Shown one piece after another: positions 30,748 to 43,122 of a stretch of 64,000 nucleotides of DNA. Source of the stretch: Syntrophales bacterium. GTDB taxonomy: Bacteria > Desulfobacterota > Syntrophia > Syntrophales > UBA2210. Every line of letters starts with the position of its first letter. The stretch's first letter is position 1. Below the pieces are notes generated by a model. It saw only the letters and a list, made by a program, of their open reading frames with translations. It was not told the origin of the DNA and ran no database searches. Where the stretch lies: assembly GCA_963662405.2 (NCBI GenBank), contig CAXXKT010000001.1:256001-320000 (forward strand), in the 5' to 3' direction. Both the position numbers and the translations under genes were made by a program.

Positions 30748-33700
30748 TCATCCAAGCGCTTCTCGAATCTTGGCAGCCAGCCCCTTCATCGAAAACGGCT
30801 TCTGTATGAAATTGACCCCCTCGTCCAACACCCCGTGGTGGACAATAACATTGGCCGTATAACCGGACATAAAGAGAATCTTCGTCGTCGGGCGGATCGT
30901 CCGGAGCCTCTCTGCCAGGTCCCTGCCGTTCATTTCCGGCATGACCACGTCGGTGATAAGCAGATGTATCTCTGAGCCATGTTCTTCGGCTATTCGAATC
31001 GCTTCACCGGGCGTCGCGGCCGCCAAAACAGTGTATTCAAGGCGCTGCAGCATGACCGTGGTCATATCCAGAATCGTCGGTTCGTCCTCTATGATGAGGA
31101 TGGTTTCCCCCCGACTTCGGGGGATTTCCTCAGCCGTCGGCACCGGTGTCTTCACGGCTTCAAGGGTATGCAGAGGAATGTAGATTTTGCAGGTAGTTCC
31201 TTTTCCCGGCTCGCTGTATATGTTGATGAATCCATTGTTCTGCTTGACGATGCCGTAAACGGTCGACAAACCCAGGCCTGTTCCCCGCCCCAGTTCCTTG
31301 GTCGTGAAAAACGGTTCAAAGATGTGCTTCAGGGTCTCTCTATCCATACCGCTTCCATTGTCGCTGACGGCGAGGAGCACATATTCTCCGGGGGTACAAT
31401 AGGAATGGGCATCACAATATGTCTCATCATACAATACCGTGTCTGTCTCAATGATGATCTTCCCCACATCCGCAATGGCATCCCGGGCGTTGACACACAG
31501 ATTGACCAGGACCTGGTCGAACTGCGCGGGGTCCATCCTGACACTACCCAGGCCCTTTCCGGGGAACCAGGCCAGCTCGATATTTTCGCCGATGAGCCTG
31601 CGTATCATCTTCAAGAGGCCCTCGACCGATTCGCTGAGATCGAATACGACCGGATCAATGGTCTGTTTGCGGGCGAAGGCCAAGAGTTGGCGGGTGAGGT
31701 TGGCGGATCGCTGGGCCGTGTCGAGGATCTTATCGAGGTTTTCGCGAAATGGATTCGCGGGGTCCATCTTGGTCATGGTTAGCTCGGCATATCCCATGAT
31801 CGCCCCCAGCATGTTGTTGAAATCGTGGGCGACACCACCGGCAAGGACACCGACCGCCTCCAGTTTCTGGGACTGGAGGAGCTGATCCTGCAATTTTTCC
31901 TTTTCCTCTTCGGTCCGTTTCCGGTCCGTAACATCCACCAAAAAACCATCATACACCACCCGGTCTCCATGGCGTGTCGGCATAGCCCTCCCATGGAACC
32001 ACATGGTCTTATCGTTTTTCACAAACCGTCCCTCAAAATTCCATGGAGAAATCGAGTCACCCGCTTCCTGAACGGAACCAAGGAACCGTTTCCTGTCATC
32101 CTCGTGGATGCAGGACACAAAATATTGAAACAGGTTTTCTCTATCCCTGTCTATCCCGAAGATTTCGGTTATCCGTTGGCTAATGTAATTGATACCGTAT
32201 TCACCGTCCTTCTTGAAATAAAACTGAAAGATCGTTCCCGGTATGTTCGCGGTAATGGCACGAAGCTGCGCTTCTTTTTCCTTCAGCACCTTCTTTGTTC
32301 TTTGCTGCTCGGTCACGTCCTGAAGAATGAATAAGATGTTGTCTTCTCCCGCGATGCGGATGGAGCGGGCGGAATAGATACCCTTGAGCACGGAACCGTC
32401 TTTCCTCCTGAATCGCATTTGCTGATGCAAGACATCTCTTCCTTCCCTGAGTTTATCCACCATGTACTCACGCTCGCCCGGATTGTCCCAGAAGTTGATG
32501 TCATAAGCAGTCTTCCCGATAACCTCCGCTCGTTTCCATCCCGTGACCTCTTCAAAACCCACGTTGATATCGGTTATCATACCATCGTCCATGCGCGTAA
32601 CGGCGATGACATTGGGAGCCATCATGAAGACGGTGGCGAATTTATCTTCGAGCATTTTCCGTTCGGTAATATCCCGTGCAACATGAACAACCCGACCTTT
32701 CGACAAGGGTGAAATACTGGATGCAAACCAGACCTGCCGCGGGCCGATTGTGAGTTCGTAATCCAGGAAAACCGTCTTCCGCTGTGACAGGGCGTCGCGA
32801 ATCGCGCCAAGGAACATATCGGCCCTCTCGGGCGGAAAAACTTCATGCAATGTTTTTCCTATCAGTTTGTCCGGAGGCCGATACAGGAAATCCGTTTTGG
32901 TGGGCGCGATCTCAAGATAGCGGCCTTCCGCATCAAGAATCATGATCACATCATTCATGGCCGCAAAGATTGAACGGAACTTGCTTTCCGATTCTCTCAA
33001 TTCGCGCTCGGCCCGTTTTCGATCAGTGATGTCTTTCGCGAATTCAAGGCGGACATCCCGACCATCCGGCCATCGAATAATCCTATCAACGATTTCGGCA
33101 TCAATACCCAACGGCACATTGTGAAATTCCCAACTGTGGGGCAGCCCACCATTGTTGAGAATTATTTTGTTGGTACAAAAATCGCACGGCCGATCACGGA
33201 GTTGGAGTTCTTTGTAACAGATTCCCCCCGTCGGGTCTTTCCCGATCAGATCCTTCAAGTAACGGTTGGTAAAGAGGAGCTCGTGGGTGGAGGGATCGGA
33301 GACATATATAATCTCGTTGAGGCTGTTGAAAATCGACAGGAGCTGTTGGCGCTCGAATTCTATCGCTTGCTCGGTCTCCATGCGATCGGTGATATCGAAG
33401 AAACTGACGATGATGCCCTCTCCCAGGAGTTTGGTCCCCACAATCATCGTTCGCGTGCTTCCATCCATGCAGAGCAGCGGACATTCTATTGGTTCTATGT
33501 CGGCATCCGTTGCTATGGCGTTCTCCAGATCTTCCCGCCATTTTGACGTGATTTCATTTTTCATTTCAGCATCAGGCAAGGCAAGGTCCCATGCCTGTTC
33601 GAGGGTCGGTACGTCATCAATCGTATGTCCCATTACTTCGGTCAAGCGATTATTCACATCGAGAATCCGTCCGTCCCGGGATATGTGGGCCAGGGGAAAG

Positions 33701-34911
33701 GGCGACAGGGTGAAAAGCATGCGAAAGCGCGCTTCGCTCTCCTTCGCCGCTTCGTCCGCCTGTCTGCGTTCCGTAATATCGCGGCCAATCCCCCGGAAAC
33801 CGATGGGACGATCATCAGAATCTCTTAACACAAAGGCGTTAAATTCAAGCGTCCTCCTGGTGCCGTCCTTCCTGATAATATCATGCACGAAATTCCTGAT
33901 GGGAATCCCTGTCCTGTACATACGATGGTAGGCATCGTAGACCCTTTTCGCGTCCTCCTGATCGGCGAGATAGCGGCTGAAATTCGTACCCAGAATTTCG
34001 TCTTTGCTGTAACCGTGCAGTCTCAGAAACGCATCATTACAAAACGTGTAATTCCCCGCGAGGTCTACTTCCTGATATCCCTCTTCCATTTCATCAAGAA
34101 TGGTGCGGTACTTCTCTTCACTCTCCCGGAGGGCTGTCTCCATCCGCTTTCGCTCGGTGATGTCGCGATCAAAGGTACACGCCAGGAAATGATCGTTAAA
34201 CCCGAAACGGTTGGTGCTGACCTCGACCGGGAAAATATCTCCGTCTTTCGTCCGGTGGCGCGATTCGAACGTCATGGCCCCCTCGCGCTCCATATCTTTT
34301 TTGTGCTGTTCCCAGTTGTCGATGAGAAAATCAGGATCGATATCAAACACCTTCATCTGCAACAACTCATCACGGGTATATCCCAGCGACGCGCAGGAGG
34401 AATCGTTCGCATACATGATATACCCCTCGTCATCGATCCAGAGGACGCTGTCAGGTGCCCGATCCATGGCGAACTGCGTCCTCAGCAGCGATTTTTTTTC
34501 CTCCGTGCGTTTGGTTATATCTGAAAGGAACCCTTCATAATGGATAATGCTCTTCTTTTCATCCCGCACCGCCCGGACATTGTAGGAACCCCAGAAAGTG
34601 GATTGATCCCTGCGGACAAAACGACATTCAAAATCCAGTTCTTCCTCATTCTCCTCCAGTAACCTGCGGATCGTGTCCCTGTCTCGCGGGTCGGCATAGA
34701 GCTGTTTCCCGATATCAACGACCGAGTCCATCATTTCCCGGGGCGAATTATAACCGAAGACTCGTGCCAAGTACTCATTAACATAAATGAACGTGCCATC
34801 GGGAGTCGTCGAGAATATCCCTATGGGGGCATTCATCAACATACTCCGACAATCACGAAGTGAACGCTGCTCGGGCTGTTGCTGTTTTTCAGGAGATTTT
34901 CGTTTGGGCAT
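30748..34911 (-). CDS. Multi-PAS hybrid sensor histidine kinase (CckA-like architecture)
   Basis: About eight PAS/PAC units; AHDFNN, NARDA, GTGLGL; receiver LLITDVVMP. Confidence 0.93.
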   Translation of the reverse strand: MPKRKSPEKQQQPEQRSLRDCRSMLMNAPIGIFSTTPDGTFIYVNEYLARVFGYNSPREMMDSVVDIGKQLYADPRDRDTIRRLLEENEEELDFECRFVRRDQSTFWGSYNVRAVRDEKKSIIHYEGFLSDITKRTEEKKSLLRTQFAMDRAPDSVLWIDDEGYIMYANDSSCASLGYTRDELLQMKVFDIDPDFLIDNWEQHKKDMEREGAMTFESRHRTKDGDIFPVEVSTNRFGFNDHFLACTFDRDITERKRMETALRESEEKYRTILDEMEEGYQEVDLAGNYTFCNDAFLRLHGYSKDEILGTNFSRYLADQEDAKRVYDAYHRMYRTGIPIRNFVHDIIRKDGTRRTLEFNAFVLRDSDDRPIGFRGIGRDITERRQADEAAKESEARFRMLFTLSPFPLAHISRDGRILDVNNRLTEVMGHTIDDVPTLEQAWDLALPDAEMKNEITSKWREDLENAIATDADIEPIECPLLCMDGSTRTMIVGTKLLGEGIIVSFFDITDRMETEQAIEFERQQLLSIFNSLNEIIYVSDPSTHELLFTNRYLKDLIGKDPTGGICYKELQLRDRPCDFCTNKIILNNGGLPHSWEFHNVPLGIDAEIVDRIIRWPDGRDVRLEFAKDITDRKRAERELRESESKFRSIFAAMNDVIMILDAEGRYLEIAPTKTDFLYRPPDKLIGKTLHEVFPPERADMFLGAIRDALSQRKTVFLDYELTIGPRQVWFASSISPLSKGRVVHVARDITERKMLEDKFATVFMMAPNVIAVTRMDDGMITDINVGFEEVTGWKRAEVIGKTAYDINFWDNPGEREYMVDKLREGRDVLHQQMRFRRKDGSVLKGIYSARSIRIAGEDNILFILQDVTEQQRTKKVLKEKEAQLRAITANIPGTIFQFYFKKDGEYGINYISQRITEIFGIDRDRENLFQYFVSCIHEDDRKRFLGSVQEAGDSISPWNFEGRFVKNDKTMWFHGRAMPTRHGDRVVYDGFLVDVTDRKRTEEEKEKLQDQLLQSQKLEAVGVLAGGVAHDFNNMLGAIMGYAELTMTKMDPANPFRENLDKILDTAQRSANLTRQLLAFARKQTIDPVVFDLSESVEGLLKMIRRLIGENIELAWFPGKGLGSVRMDPAQFDQVLVNLCVNARDAIADVGKIIIETDTVLYDETYCDAHSYCTPGEYVLLAVSDNGSGMDRETLKHIFEPFFTTKELGRGTGLGLSTVYGIVKQNNGFINIYSEPGKGTTCKIYIPLHTLEAVKTPVPTAEEIPRSRGETILIIEDEPTILDMTTVMLQRLEYTVLAAATPGEAIRIAEEHGSEIHLLITDVVMPEMNGRDLAERLRTIRPTTKILFMSGYTANVIVHHGVLDEGVNFIQKPFSMKGLAAKIREALG

Positions 34912-35311
34912 GGTCGCCTCCTTGATGTGCGCGGGGGACGGTCCCCACACGTGCGGAAGGTTCAGGTTCGATATGTGTCTGGTATGCTGTACGCCTCGAT
35001 ACTGCAGGCATTTTCAATGTACCAAGCCGGAAGGTTATCACAGATTCATCCGTACTGCCTTCACGTTGACAGCACGGGCAGGTGCCGAGATCTTCTGTTA
35101 CGAGACTATCGACTGAAGCCGCGCAGATACGTCACCCTACCCTCAGCTCAAACCGTACGCCGGACAAAGCATTTCGTATCGCAGGAACCGATTTTCATGT
35201 CAGAGAACCGTATATGTGTACGTTCCCGAGTTTGAAATTCAGCTGGTGATCAACAGGTATAATAACATTACTCTCAGGTCTCTTCCAAGGCAACAAAAAA
35301 AGCCGTGCCGA

Positions 35312-36578
35312 ATTGCACCATATTAAACGTTACCGACAGTGGTGCAAAAAAAGGATCGTTGACTCATAATATGATGTTACCGAACATCGACTTCTGAAAA
35401 GAGGGTTGATCATGAATCCGCGATCCAAGCAAGAGAACCGGGAGGCAGTGTATCTCAGCCCCTCGCCGTGAAAAAACAGCCATTCTGAATGAGTTCTGTG
35501 CCACCCGTCACTGTCATCGCAAACATGCTATACGAGTCCTTAAAAGATTCAAACGGTTCACAAAACCCAAACCGAAGAAACGAGGACCAAAACCGCGGTA
35601 TCAAAACGATCAGATTATTACTCCCCTCAAACAAATCTGGCTCGCCGCAAATCTCCCCTGCTCTAAACGATTGAAAGCCATCCTCCCCCTCTGGATGCCC
35701 GGATATAATATACAGTTCGGGACTCTTTCCCCTGAGGTCTCTCAAGCTCTCCTGACCACATCTCCGGCAACCATAGACCGGATCCTCGCACCGACTCGTA
35801 TCCACTACAACAAGCGGGGTCGGGCAACAACAAAACCGGGAAGCCTCCTGAAAAAACAGATACCCATCCAAACCAACCAGTGGGATGAATCCAGACCGGG
35901 ATTCCTCGAAGCCGATACCGTCGCCCATTGCGGTGAATCCATCGCGGGTATGTTCGTCTATACCATCGACACCGTTGATATCGCCACCGGATGGACCGAA
36001 CAGCGTGCCGTTTGGGGAAAGGGGGAAGGAGGTGTCCTGAAACAAATCAAAGATATCGAACAAGACCTCCCGTTCCCTCTCCGGGGCTTCGATTCCGATA
36101 ACGGCTCGGAGTTCCTCAATTACCACCTCAGCAGAGCCTACCACAAAGATGACAACGCCCATATAGAACAGAAAATTGGACCCATGTCCGACAATGGCTC
36201 GGATATGAACGATTTGATCAACCCCGCATCGTCCCCACCCTCAATGACCTCTATCGAAACGAATGGAGACTCTTTCACAACTTCTTCTGCCCTTCCGTCA
36301 AACTCATCGTCAAAGAGCGAATCGGCTCGAAAACCATTAAACGACACGATTCACCCCAAACCCCGTATCAGAGAATCTTGGCCTCTCCTGATATTGCTGA
36401 TCAGACAAAAGAGTCCTTGTCCAAACAGCTTGAAAATCTCAACCCGTTCCTGCTCAGAAAGAACATGGAAAAGAAACTAAAACAGATCTTTTCTTACATC
36501 AAACCAGTGTAACATCTTTTATGAGGCAACGTTACCTGTCACCGCTCTCCTTTCGGTAACATTTTAATGTGAGGCAAT
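35312..36578 (+). mobile_element. Decayed DDE insertion sequence with repeated terminal binding sites
   Basis: attgcaccatattaaacgttaccga (35312) vs tcggtaacattttaatgtgaggcaat (36553-36578); second copies at ~35358 and ~36510. Confidence 0.65.
35412..36510 (+). pseudogene. Integrase-core (DDE) transposase, frameshifted
   Basis: PGFLEADTVAHCG, DSDNGSEF, NAHIEQK; coding spread over several frames. Confidence 0.8.
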
Positions 36579-37127
36579 GGGGTGCCCTGTTGGCGGGGAC
36601 CGAGTGGTCTGAGACGATTACCCGTCTCTTCTCAATATCTTATAATGACACATCACAGAAAGAATCAAGCGAACGCGGTTATTATATGCCATTTTCGTAG
36701 AGGAGTGAATCAACCGTCCCACAGGGCGGGATATTCAAGTGTTGTCTTTCATAAAGACCCTGTGTCTTCGTAAATACGGCGCGTTGCCCTATTTGACAGG
36801 ATAAGCTCTGGGAGACGTGGGGGTAGGTTATGACAAAAAAGCGCAATTCTCCATCGACACTGGTACGAAACGATACATCCCTTTGTTTTTGAGACTCTGG
36901 CAACGGGAGAAACCCTTGCGCTGGTTGCTCGAACATTCGACCAGGTAAATCTCTTGATGGTCCAAGCAATCTAAATACTTGATATCACATATATTGTCCG
37001 GAAGAATGGTCGGCCTAAAATCCGCAACATTCCACCAGAATGGCACATCACACGACACACAATGAGAAAAACGGCTCACCCGGAAGGTTAAAATTGGCGC
37101 TCAATGATTGATTATACCGAATAATGC

Positions 37128-37218
37128 GGCGGCGGGAGTCGAACAGCCAATAAAATATGCTATATTTATTGTGTTTTCAGAATTTCAAAAATTGACATAC
37201 CCCCAAATATACCCCCAA
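37128..37218 (-). other. Genomic-island boundary: tmRNA(ssrA)-like 3' fragment plus paired arm-type repeats
   Basis: Minus strand GTTCGACTCCCGCCGCC (37144-37128). ATACCCCCAA at 37197 and 37209. Lies close to a sharp drop in GC. Confidence 0.65.
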
Positions 37219-37298
37219 TTTACAGTGCTCCACCCTTTTAGCTCTCTAAAAAATACATTTACCCACCCTCTAAATTCATCTTGTTCCACGCGAATGGC

Positions 37299-37365
37299 TT
37301 CTTCCTGAAGTCGGTAAGATTAAGGTTGAGGCAATTGCAGAAGATTGCTTTCAGTAATCATTAAC
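37299..37365 (-). repeat. Repeat B copy 1
   Basis: gttaatgattactgaaagcaatcttctgcaattgcctcaaccttaatcttaccgacttcaggaagaa. Confidence 0.85.
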
Positions 37366-37416
37366 GGCGCACATAAGCGTCAGCGATAGCGGTCCAAATT
37401 GATGTGTTTGTTAAAA
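37359..37416 (-). other. Integron attC site
   Basis: TTTTAAC-aaacacat(c)aa...ttatgtg-cgcc-GTTAATG; L-box pairing with one extrahelical base; starts just after a stop codon. Confidence 0.75.
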
Positions 37417-37424
37417 ACGAGGCA

Positions 37425-38097
37425 TTATTTTTTTTTAAGCTTTACGTCATTACTATCAAAGCTATATTCAAATCCTTGCTTTTTAAGTACACCCCGTAGT
37501 GTATTCCGAAAGGAAGAATAATAATCACAGAATGCTGTGTATCCAAAGTAGAGCATCAAGAAAAAAAATAGCAAATTAGCAAAAAAAATACTCCAAAACA
37601 TAAATTTAGATAAAACAAAATAATAATCTAGAAACTTTGGCAATATAGGTGCGGTAAATAAAAAAAACTATTGCTATATTTGCGTCGAATTCAGAATAAC
37701 TATAAAAATGTTTTAAATTGTACTTATAATAGTCAAGTCCCATATATGGCAGAAAATAACTTTCTGTGCAATCATTGCCGTCCAAATCTTTAAATTGTTT
37801 AAATTTCCCTTTTGCATTGGCTATGGGTTCGTATACTTTTTCTTCAATAAGCAGATGGTGAATTTCATCGATAATAAGACCGAACACGAAGCCCATGAAA
37901 ACAAATATTATTAACAAAACAGAAAGCAATTTTAGATCGAAATTTTTAACAATATAAAATGCTATTTTCTTTTGTGTTGAAATGTCGATTAACATAAAAG
38001 CACAAGCGGTAAGGAGCATACCTGGAATATTGTGCGCTAGAACTGTTTCAAAACTTGTAGATATTCCATATTTATTAAATTCTGAATCAGGGCTCAT
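37425..38097 (-). pseudogene. Membrane protein split by a frameshift in a T8 tract
   Basis: Removing one base from 37660-37667 joins ..NIAIVF to LFTAPILPKFLDYY.. Confidence 0.7.
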
Positions 38098-38165
38098 AGA
38101 TTCTACCTCATAAAGATTAATTCTACATGGAACAGAAACCACATATAATCCCATATGGTGTGGGT

Positions 38166-38639
38166 TCACTTAGGAAGCTTGCTATTAACAACTTTTGTTC
38201 CTGTATACCTCAATTCTTCCATCTCAGATTCTGCAACATCTTTATCAACCAACTCTGGATAAACCCGCCAAACGAGGACTCCTAAGACAACCGCCATTCG
38301 AACATAGCGAGTTTGGCCTTGTTCAAGTGTAAAAGTTAATCTTTTGTCAACTTCTGTAGAAAGGAGAACTTCGAAGTTGCCAGGCGAACGATCAACATAG
38401 AAAAATCCCCAAGATTTTGCTTCTCCGACTTTTTCGTTATTAAGCAAGACATTTGGAATAATTGCTGCCCCCAGAGATGAAGGTCGGTAAAAAAAGATCC
38501 TTCCTTTTTCATATTCAATCACCGGTATGGAAGGTTTTATTGATGAATATTGCGGTCCAGTAGTAGCACAGCCAGACAAAATAGAAACAAATAAAAATAA
38601 TATTGAAATTAAAATAAAATTACTTTTATAATTGAACAT
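38166..38639 (-). CDS. DUF2846-like lipoprotein
   Basis: Lipobox ILSGC; GRIFFYRP...GFFYVDRSPG...QTRYVR. Confidence 0.8.
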   Translation of the reverse strand: MFNYKSNFILISILFLFVSILSGCATTGPQYSSIKPSIPVIEYEKGRIFFYRPSSLGAAIIPNVLLNNEKVGEAKSWGFFYVDRSPGNFEVLLSTEVDKRLTFTLEQGQTRYVRMAVVLGVLVWRVYPELVDKDVAESEMEELRYTGTKVVNSKLPK

Positions 38640-38653
38640 TTACCATCTCCTTT

Positions 38654-39040
38654 CTATTTTATTGGTAGTGGATGTTTGTTCAACAACGGTGAAAAACAAT
38701 TTTCAACTGGCAAATAGAACCCAACTAATTCCCCTTTGGAGATGACAATATAAGCTTCATGTATATGGGCACCTTCGACAGTAAGTACCTGATTAATGGG
38801 TTTGTAGACATTTCCTTTATCTATTGCCCCAACAAAATCCCACCTCGATTCACGTTGAAGAAGTGTTTCGTAGCCAGTGTGTAGCTGAATAATCACGTCC
38901 TCTGTTAGGTATAAAGAGCCTTGAGATTTCTGTGAGGACATTGGTAAAAATTTAGTCGGAAACCTTCTTACTTCAGCCGCGCAACCAATTAAAATGAGAA
39001 TAAAGCATAGGAAAAATACAAAAATTAGTTTTTTGAGCAT
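38654..39040 (-). CDS. Hypothetical lipoprotein
   Basis: Lipobox LIGC; GGAGG RBS. Confidence 0.75.
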   Translation of the reverse strand: MLKKLIFVFFLCFILILIGCAAEVRRFPTKFLPMSSQKSQGSLYLTEDVIIQLHTGYETLLQRESRWDFVGAIDKGNVYKPINQVLTVEGAHIHEAYIVISKGELVGFYLPVENCFSPLLNKHPLPIK

Positions 39041-39193
39041 TTCTAAACCTCCAATAGTAGATGACATAGACTCGGAACACCGGAGCATTTTAATAGATGA
39101 AGAAATGCGATTAAATATCCCACAACTTGCCGCGCAAGTACCGTCAGGATTCTAGTCTCTGTGGATGCGGTTTTTCGATGCTCTTTGCTCATT

Positions 39194-39928
39194 TTATATG
39201 ATGTCGGATATGATACTTAGAAGACGGCTTTTTACGCCTTGAACAATTTCGGCTTGTTGAACATTACGCCCTCCCGCGAAGACAGCGACTCGTGTTGTCA
39301 TTATTTTCTCAAAAGCTGTGACTCCGCTCTGTTCCTCTTCTTGTAATTTTGGGCTTGAACTAAAAGTAACTGTTTTTTTGTGCTTCTTAACATCGTCAAT
39401 AACACCAATTGTCACTCTGGCAATTATTATAAATGTATCATCGGTTACATAGCTTCCTATAATGGTCCCTATCGTTGCCCCTGTCAAAACCCCTATAGCC
39501 TCACCCGCTTTCGCCTCTGAGCGGTATCCTGCAATTCCACCTGCGGCACCTCCTAAGAAAGCATATTGTTCCGACATGTTGCTCTGGATATGACCACTAT
39601 ATTCTATGATTACGTCATACTTTATGCCGAAATTTCCTTGGTTATTAATCGAATATCCTTTTTCAAGAAATGCCTTTTCTAGTGATTTTATAAAACCACG
39701 AATGTTATAATTTAGGTCTCCAGATGCGTTCCTCGCTGAAATTTTAATCGTATTGTTTTCAAATTGGCTTGAATCAATAAAAAAACTCCTTTCAAGAACA
39801 GCACCATACTGCAAACCAGTTTCAGGATCGGAAATCATTCCGAACCTATTGGGCACAGCACATCCTAATAGCAACATAAGCAAAAGGAGGCTTGTAAGTA
39901 AAACCAATCTGTTTTGGAGTTTCATCAA
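39194..39928 (-). CDS. TraT-like lipoprotein with glycine zipper
   Basis: Lipobox LLGC; RNASGD; GGAAGGIAG...GATIGTIIG. Confidence 0.65.
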   Translation of the reverse strand: MMKLQNRLVLLTSLLLLMLLLGCAVPNRFGMISDPETGLQYGAVLERSFFIDSSQFENNTIKISARNASGDLNYNIRGFIKSLEKAFLEKGYSINNQGNFGIKYDVIIEYSGHIQSNMSEQYAFLGGAAGGIAGYRSEAKAGEAIGVLTGATIGTIIGSYVTDDTFIIIARVTIGVIDDVKKHKKTVTFSSSPKLQEEEQSGVTAFEKIMTTRVAVFAGGRNVQQAEIVQGVKSRLLSIISDII

Positions 39929-42273
39929 TAATCCTCCTTTAAGAAATTTTGCACCTCGGAAAAATGGATCGCAAAGCCAAGTCCTTCAACAGCATTAGCA
40001 ACAATTTTTTGATTATTTACACCTATAACTTTCCCTTCCAAAAACAGAGGCCCTCCCGAATTTCCAGGGTTAATTGCAGCATCAGTCTGAATAAAAAGAA
40101 TTTCTTTTCCACCAACATCATAAACGCTTTTGCGTTTCCGTATGGCGCTTACAATCCCACGAGTTATTGAAAATTCAAGACCACTGGGATGACCTATGGC
40201 CTCAACTTCTGTACCCAGTTCAATTATATTAGATTTATAAAAATTTACTGCTTCACCTCGGGCTTCAACTTTGATAAGAGCCAAGTCTAACCTAACATCA
40301 CTTTTAATTACCTTCCCAAATGTTTCTAAGCCATTATGGAGTCTCATTTCGAGAAATTTTGACCCCTCGATGACATGATAGTTTGTAAGTATCAAATTTG
40401 GTCCAACAAAAAATCCTGATCCTATTTTACCCTCAGGGTTATATATTACGACAACATTATTAAACCTTGGATCATTGAGGGATTTTGTTGAATGTTTTTT
40501 CTCTTTGTAGTTTGCAAGTGCTACATTTTTGTCTTTGAGCATTGCGGTCATTAATTTCTCTTCACTTAAAAGTCTTTTCGTCTTATCAATATTGGTTAAG
40601 TAATCTTGCATTAGACTGGACAGGTCGACAGACACTGCTTCATTTTCAAATGACTCAATGTCCTGCTCACTGTTGTAAGTGGACATATGCCCGGATAAAT
40701 TTGTGTCCTCATCTTTTAAGGAATAGGCAACTTTGAAAACTTTCTCTTCACTCACGTCAAATACTGACTTGAAGTATTTTTTGTTGGGCCTGTCGAGGAT
40801 ATAATAATTGACAGTCATCGATTTTGTCACTTCTACATCTGAAACACTAAACTTATAATCCTTATGGATTGCTTCTTGTATATATTCCGGAGTATTTATA
40901 AATGCTTGGTTTGCAGTATTCAATTTATCTCTCCATCCTACGATTGCTATAGCCTTAACGACTTCACATGCAGCGGCTGCTAAAGTACCACCGCCACAGA
41001 ATGTACCCTGGGCAGACAAAAGTCCTCTTTCAGCTTCTCGTACCGCAATAGCAGCTTGCCTAGAATTGGGATTACTAACGTCTCTGTAGCCAGCCAAATA
41101 TCTTGATTTTATTTGATCTCTTTTTTTGATGCGCCTTTTAATGCTGGCTTGGGCAACATTAAAGACAATTACGAAGTTTGAATCAGCAGTCTCTGAAAAT
41201 GCCTTTTTAAGAAGACATGTCCTATGTGGAAAAGGAATATCAACATTGACCTTAGCTGGAAATTCAACATACCCTTCATCTAAAAGAGTTTTACTTGTAG
41301 ATTCCACAAACGAGACATGTTGATTCTTGATTTCTTTGATGGAAAACCCTTTATCATTTGCGGTTTTAATTGCATCTAAAAGTAAAGCAAGCTCTACTCG
41401 ATTATTATCCCCTTTTTTATCTTCGACAAAACGTTCGACATATAAACTCCCGATTAAGTAATCTGAATCCGAGCTTGTGTAATCTTTATAGGTATTGTTG
41501 AATTTTTCGATATCATCACAACAAGCACACTGCAACTTTTCCAGAATGAAGTTGAAATTTTCTGAAATAATTTCATTTTCATTCAAAATATCAAATGGAT
41601 AACTATTAAAAAAGTTTTTTTCATTAAATAAGTCATATTCCTTAAAGGCAAGAGAAGCATAAGATTTGAGTTTGTCTTTTAAAATTTGCGCATGCTGCTC
41701 AAGCCCTTCAACAGCAGCATACCTATACTGGTCTTTGCTGAGCAGACAAAATGAATTGTATTCATCGATTATTGTTTGTGAGAGGGAGATCTCGTTGGAT
41801 ATTATGTTCCATTGCTGCGGGGGTGCTGGCCAGACAGTATGTGATTCTATCCTCAAATTTGCATCGTTTATTTTTTTACAGAAACAACCATTAAGATGAT
41901 TGGCAATCATTTGAAAATAAACCGTATATTTTTCTTTTCTATTCTCCCAAGGCAAAACCCCTTCTTTATTAAAATATGACTCATGGTATTTATCATATAA
42001 TCTGGCAGCCTTTCGAAAATACCCATTTTTTACTAATTCTTCAAAATGGTCTCCTTGATCGTTAAAAATAGTGTATTCTCTTTCTTCAAATACATCACTA
42101 TCATCCTCTTTTGGAGCTATAGGCGTTTCTTGAACACTATTGTCCTTTATGCCCACAGCAGACATAAGTGTTTTTTGAATACTGCCCTCCTTAAGCCCAA
42201 TAGTTGAACAACTTGAAATACATAGTAAAAAAAAGATCAATAGAATTAGGCGTATTTTCTTGTGGGGAGTCAT
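39925..42273 (-). CDS. Lipoprotein with C-terminal trypsin-like (S1C) serine protease
   Basis: Lipobox ISSC; TNYHVI, DLALI, AINPGNSGGP; no PDZ domain seen. Confidence 0.88.
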   Translation of the reverse strand: MTPHKKIRLILLIFFLLCISSCSTIGLKEGSIQKTLMSAVGIKDNSVQETPIAPKEDDSDVFEEREYTIFNDQGDHFEELVKNGYFRKAARLYDKYHESYFNKEGVLPWENRKEKYTVYFQMIANHLNGCFCKKINDANLRIESHTVWPAPPQQWNIISNEISLSQTIIDEYNSFCLLSKDQYRYAAVEGLEQHAQILKDKLKSYASLAFKEYDLFNEKNFFNSYPFDILNENEIISENFNFILEKLQCACCDDIEKFNNTYKDYTSSDSDYLIGSLYVERFVEDKKGDNNRVELALLLDAIKTANDKGFSIKEIKNQHVSFVESTSKTLLDEGYVEFPAKVNVDIPFPHRTCLLKKAFSETADSNFVIVFNVAQASIKRRIKKRDQIKSRYLAGYRDVSNPNSRQAAIAVREAERGLLSAQGTFCGGGTLAAAACEVVKAIAIVGWRDKLNTANQAFINTPEYIQEAIHKDYKFSVSDVEVTKSMTVNYYILDRPNKKYFKSVFDVSEEKVFKVAYSLKDEDTNLSGHMSTYNSEQDIESFENEAVSVDLSSLMQDYLTNIDKTKRLLSEEKLMTAMLKDKNVALANYKEKKHSTKSLNDPRFNNVVVIYNPEGKIGSGFFVGPNLILTNYHVIEGSKFLEMRLHNGLETFGKVIKSDVRLDLALIKVEARGEAVNFYKSNIIELGTEVEAIGHPSGLEFSITRGIVSAIRKRKSVYDVGGKEILFIQTDAAINPGNSGGPLFLEGKVIGVNNQKIVANAVEGLGFAIHFSEVQNFLKEDY

Positions 42274-42351
42274 CAGTTCCTCCTAAAATGTTAGACAAGT
42301 ATTAATATCGAATAAATTGGTGAGGAAAAGCATCATTGCTCGTTTAGCCTG

Positions 42352-42390
42352 CTCACAAAAAAGCCTTATCTCTCGTTCGATGAGATACAG
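42352..42390 (-). repeat. Partial repeat A (terminator-end fragment)
   Basis: ctgtatctc..gagagataaggcttttttgtgag resembles the 3' end of the A copies. Confidence 0.55.
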
Positions 42391-42408
42391 TAAAAATACT
42401 TGATGTCC

Positions 42409-43122
42409 CTACATATTAATGCTTTGTGACGGTCTCTCATCAATTCCTTCCTGTTGCTCGTTTATTCTTTCCTGTGGAGAAACGATTGTTCCTGACAACC
42501 CATATTCAAGGATGATATTTTCTTCGGTCTCTATGTCTTTCAAGATCACGGACACTTTCCATCCTGAGAGGTTATTTATATCTTCAGGAACATGAAAGCA
42601 TATTAGGCCTTCTGTTACTCCACCAGCAACAAGATTGCCGCCTTTGAGCATTCGCGATTCATAATCTGCCTGTATTTTTTCGTTTGTATTTGAAACATTT
42701 ATTGCACTTGGAATTGCGCCAATACAGCCAAATGCTACTCCCCAACCAGCTGTTCTGAAAAAACTTTTTTTTGCTTTCTCAACTACTTGTTCTGTTGACA
42801 TTACAGGGCTTCTAGTTCCGGTGGGATCGATTAGATTAATGCCATCAGTGTTAAAAACGACCGTTTTCCCATATGATTTGTTTTGTATATTTATTTGAAC
42901 TGGAAGTACGCTATATAGTAGTAGATCCTCATCAAAGTAAGTTTTTAGTTCTGATTTTAAGTGAAACACCTTCACCATAAGAAAAATCCCATTCTGTTCA
43001 ACTGCATTTTCTTGCGCCTTGAGATCAAAAGATAAATCTGGCTGACGAGCAGCGTTATGCGAGGAACAACCTGGAAAGGAAAGTACCATCAAGCAAATCA
43101 GGAAAAAGTTTTTCAACTTCAT
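42409..43122 (-). CDS. Hypothetical lipoprotein
   Basis: Lipobox-like FPGC; AGGAGG RBS. Confidence 0.75.
   Translation of the reverse strand: MKLKNFFLICLMVLSFPGCSSHNAARQPDLSFDLKAQENAVEQNGIFLMVKVFHLKSELKTYFDEDLLLYSVLPVQINIQNKSYGKTVVFNTDGINLIDPTGTRSPVMSTEQVVEKAKKSFFRTAGWGVAFGCIGAIPSAINVSNTNEKIQADYESRMLKGGNLVAGGVTEGLICFHVPEDINNLSGWKVSVILKDIETEENIILEYGLSGTIVSPQERINEQQEGIDERPSQSINM

Noticed and set aside
20252..34540. Many long antisense ORFs in the track
   Set aside because: They are shadows of GC-rich genes on the opposite strand
36580..37100. RNA gene or CDS between the decayed IS and the island edge
   Set aside because: No recognisable structure, and the short ORFs lack motifs
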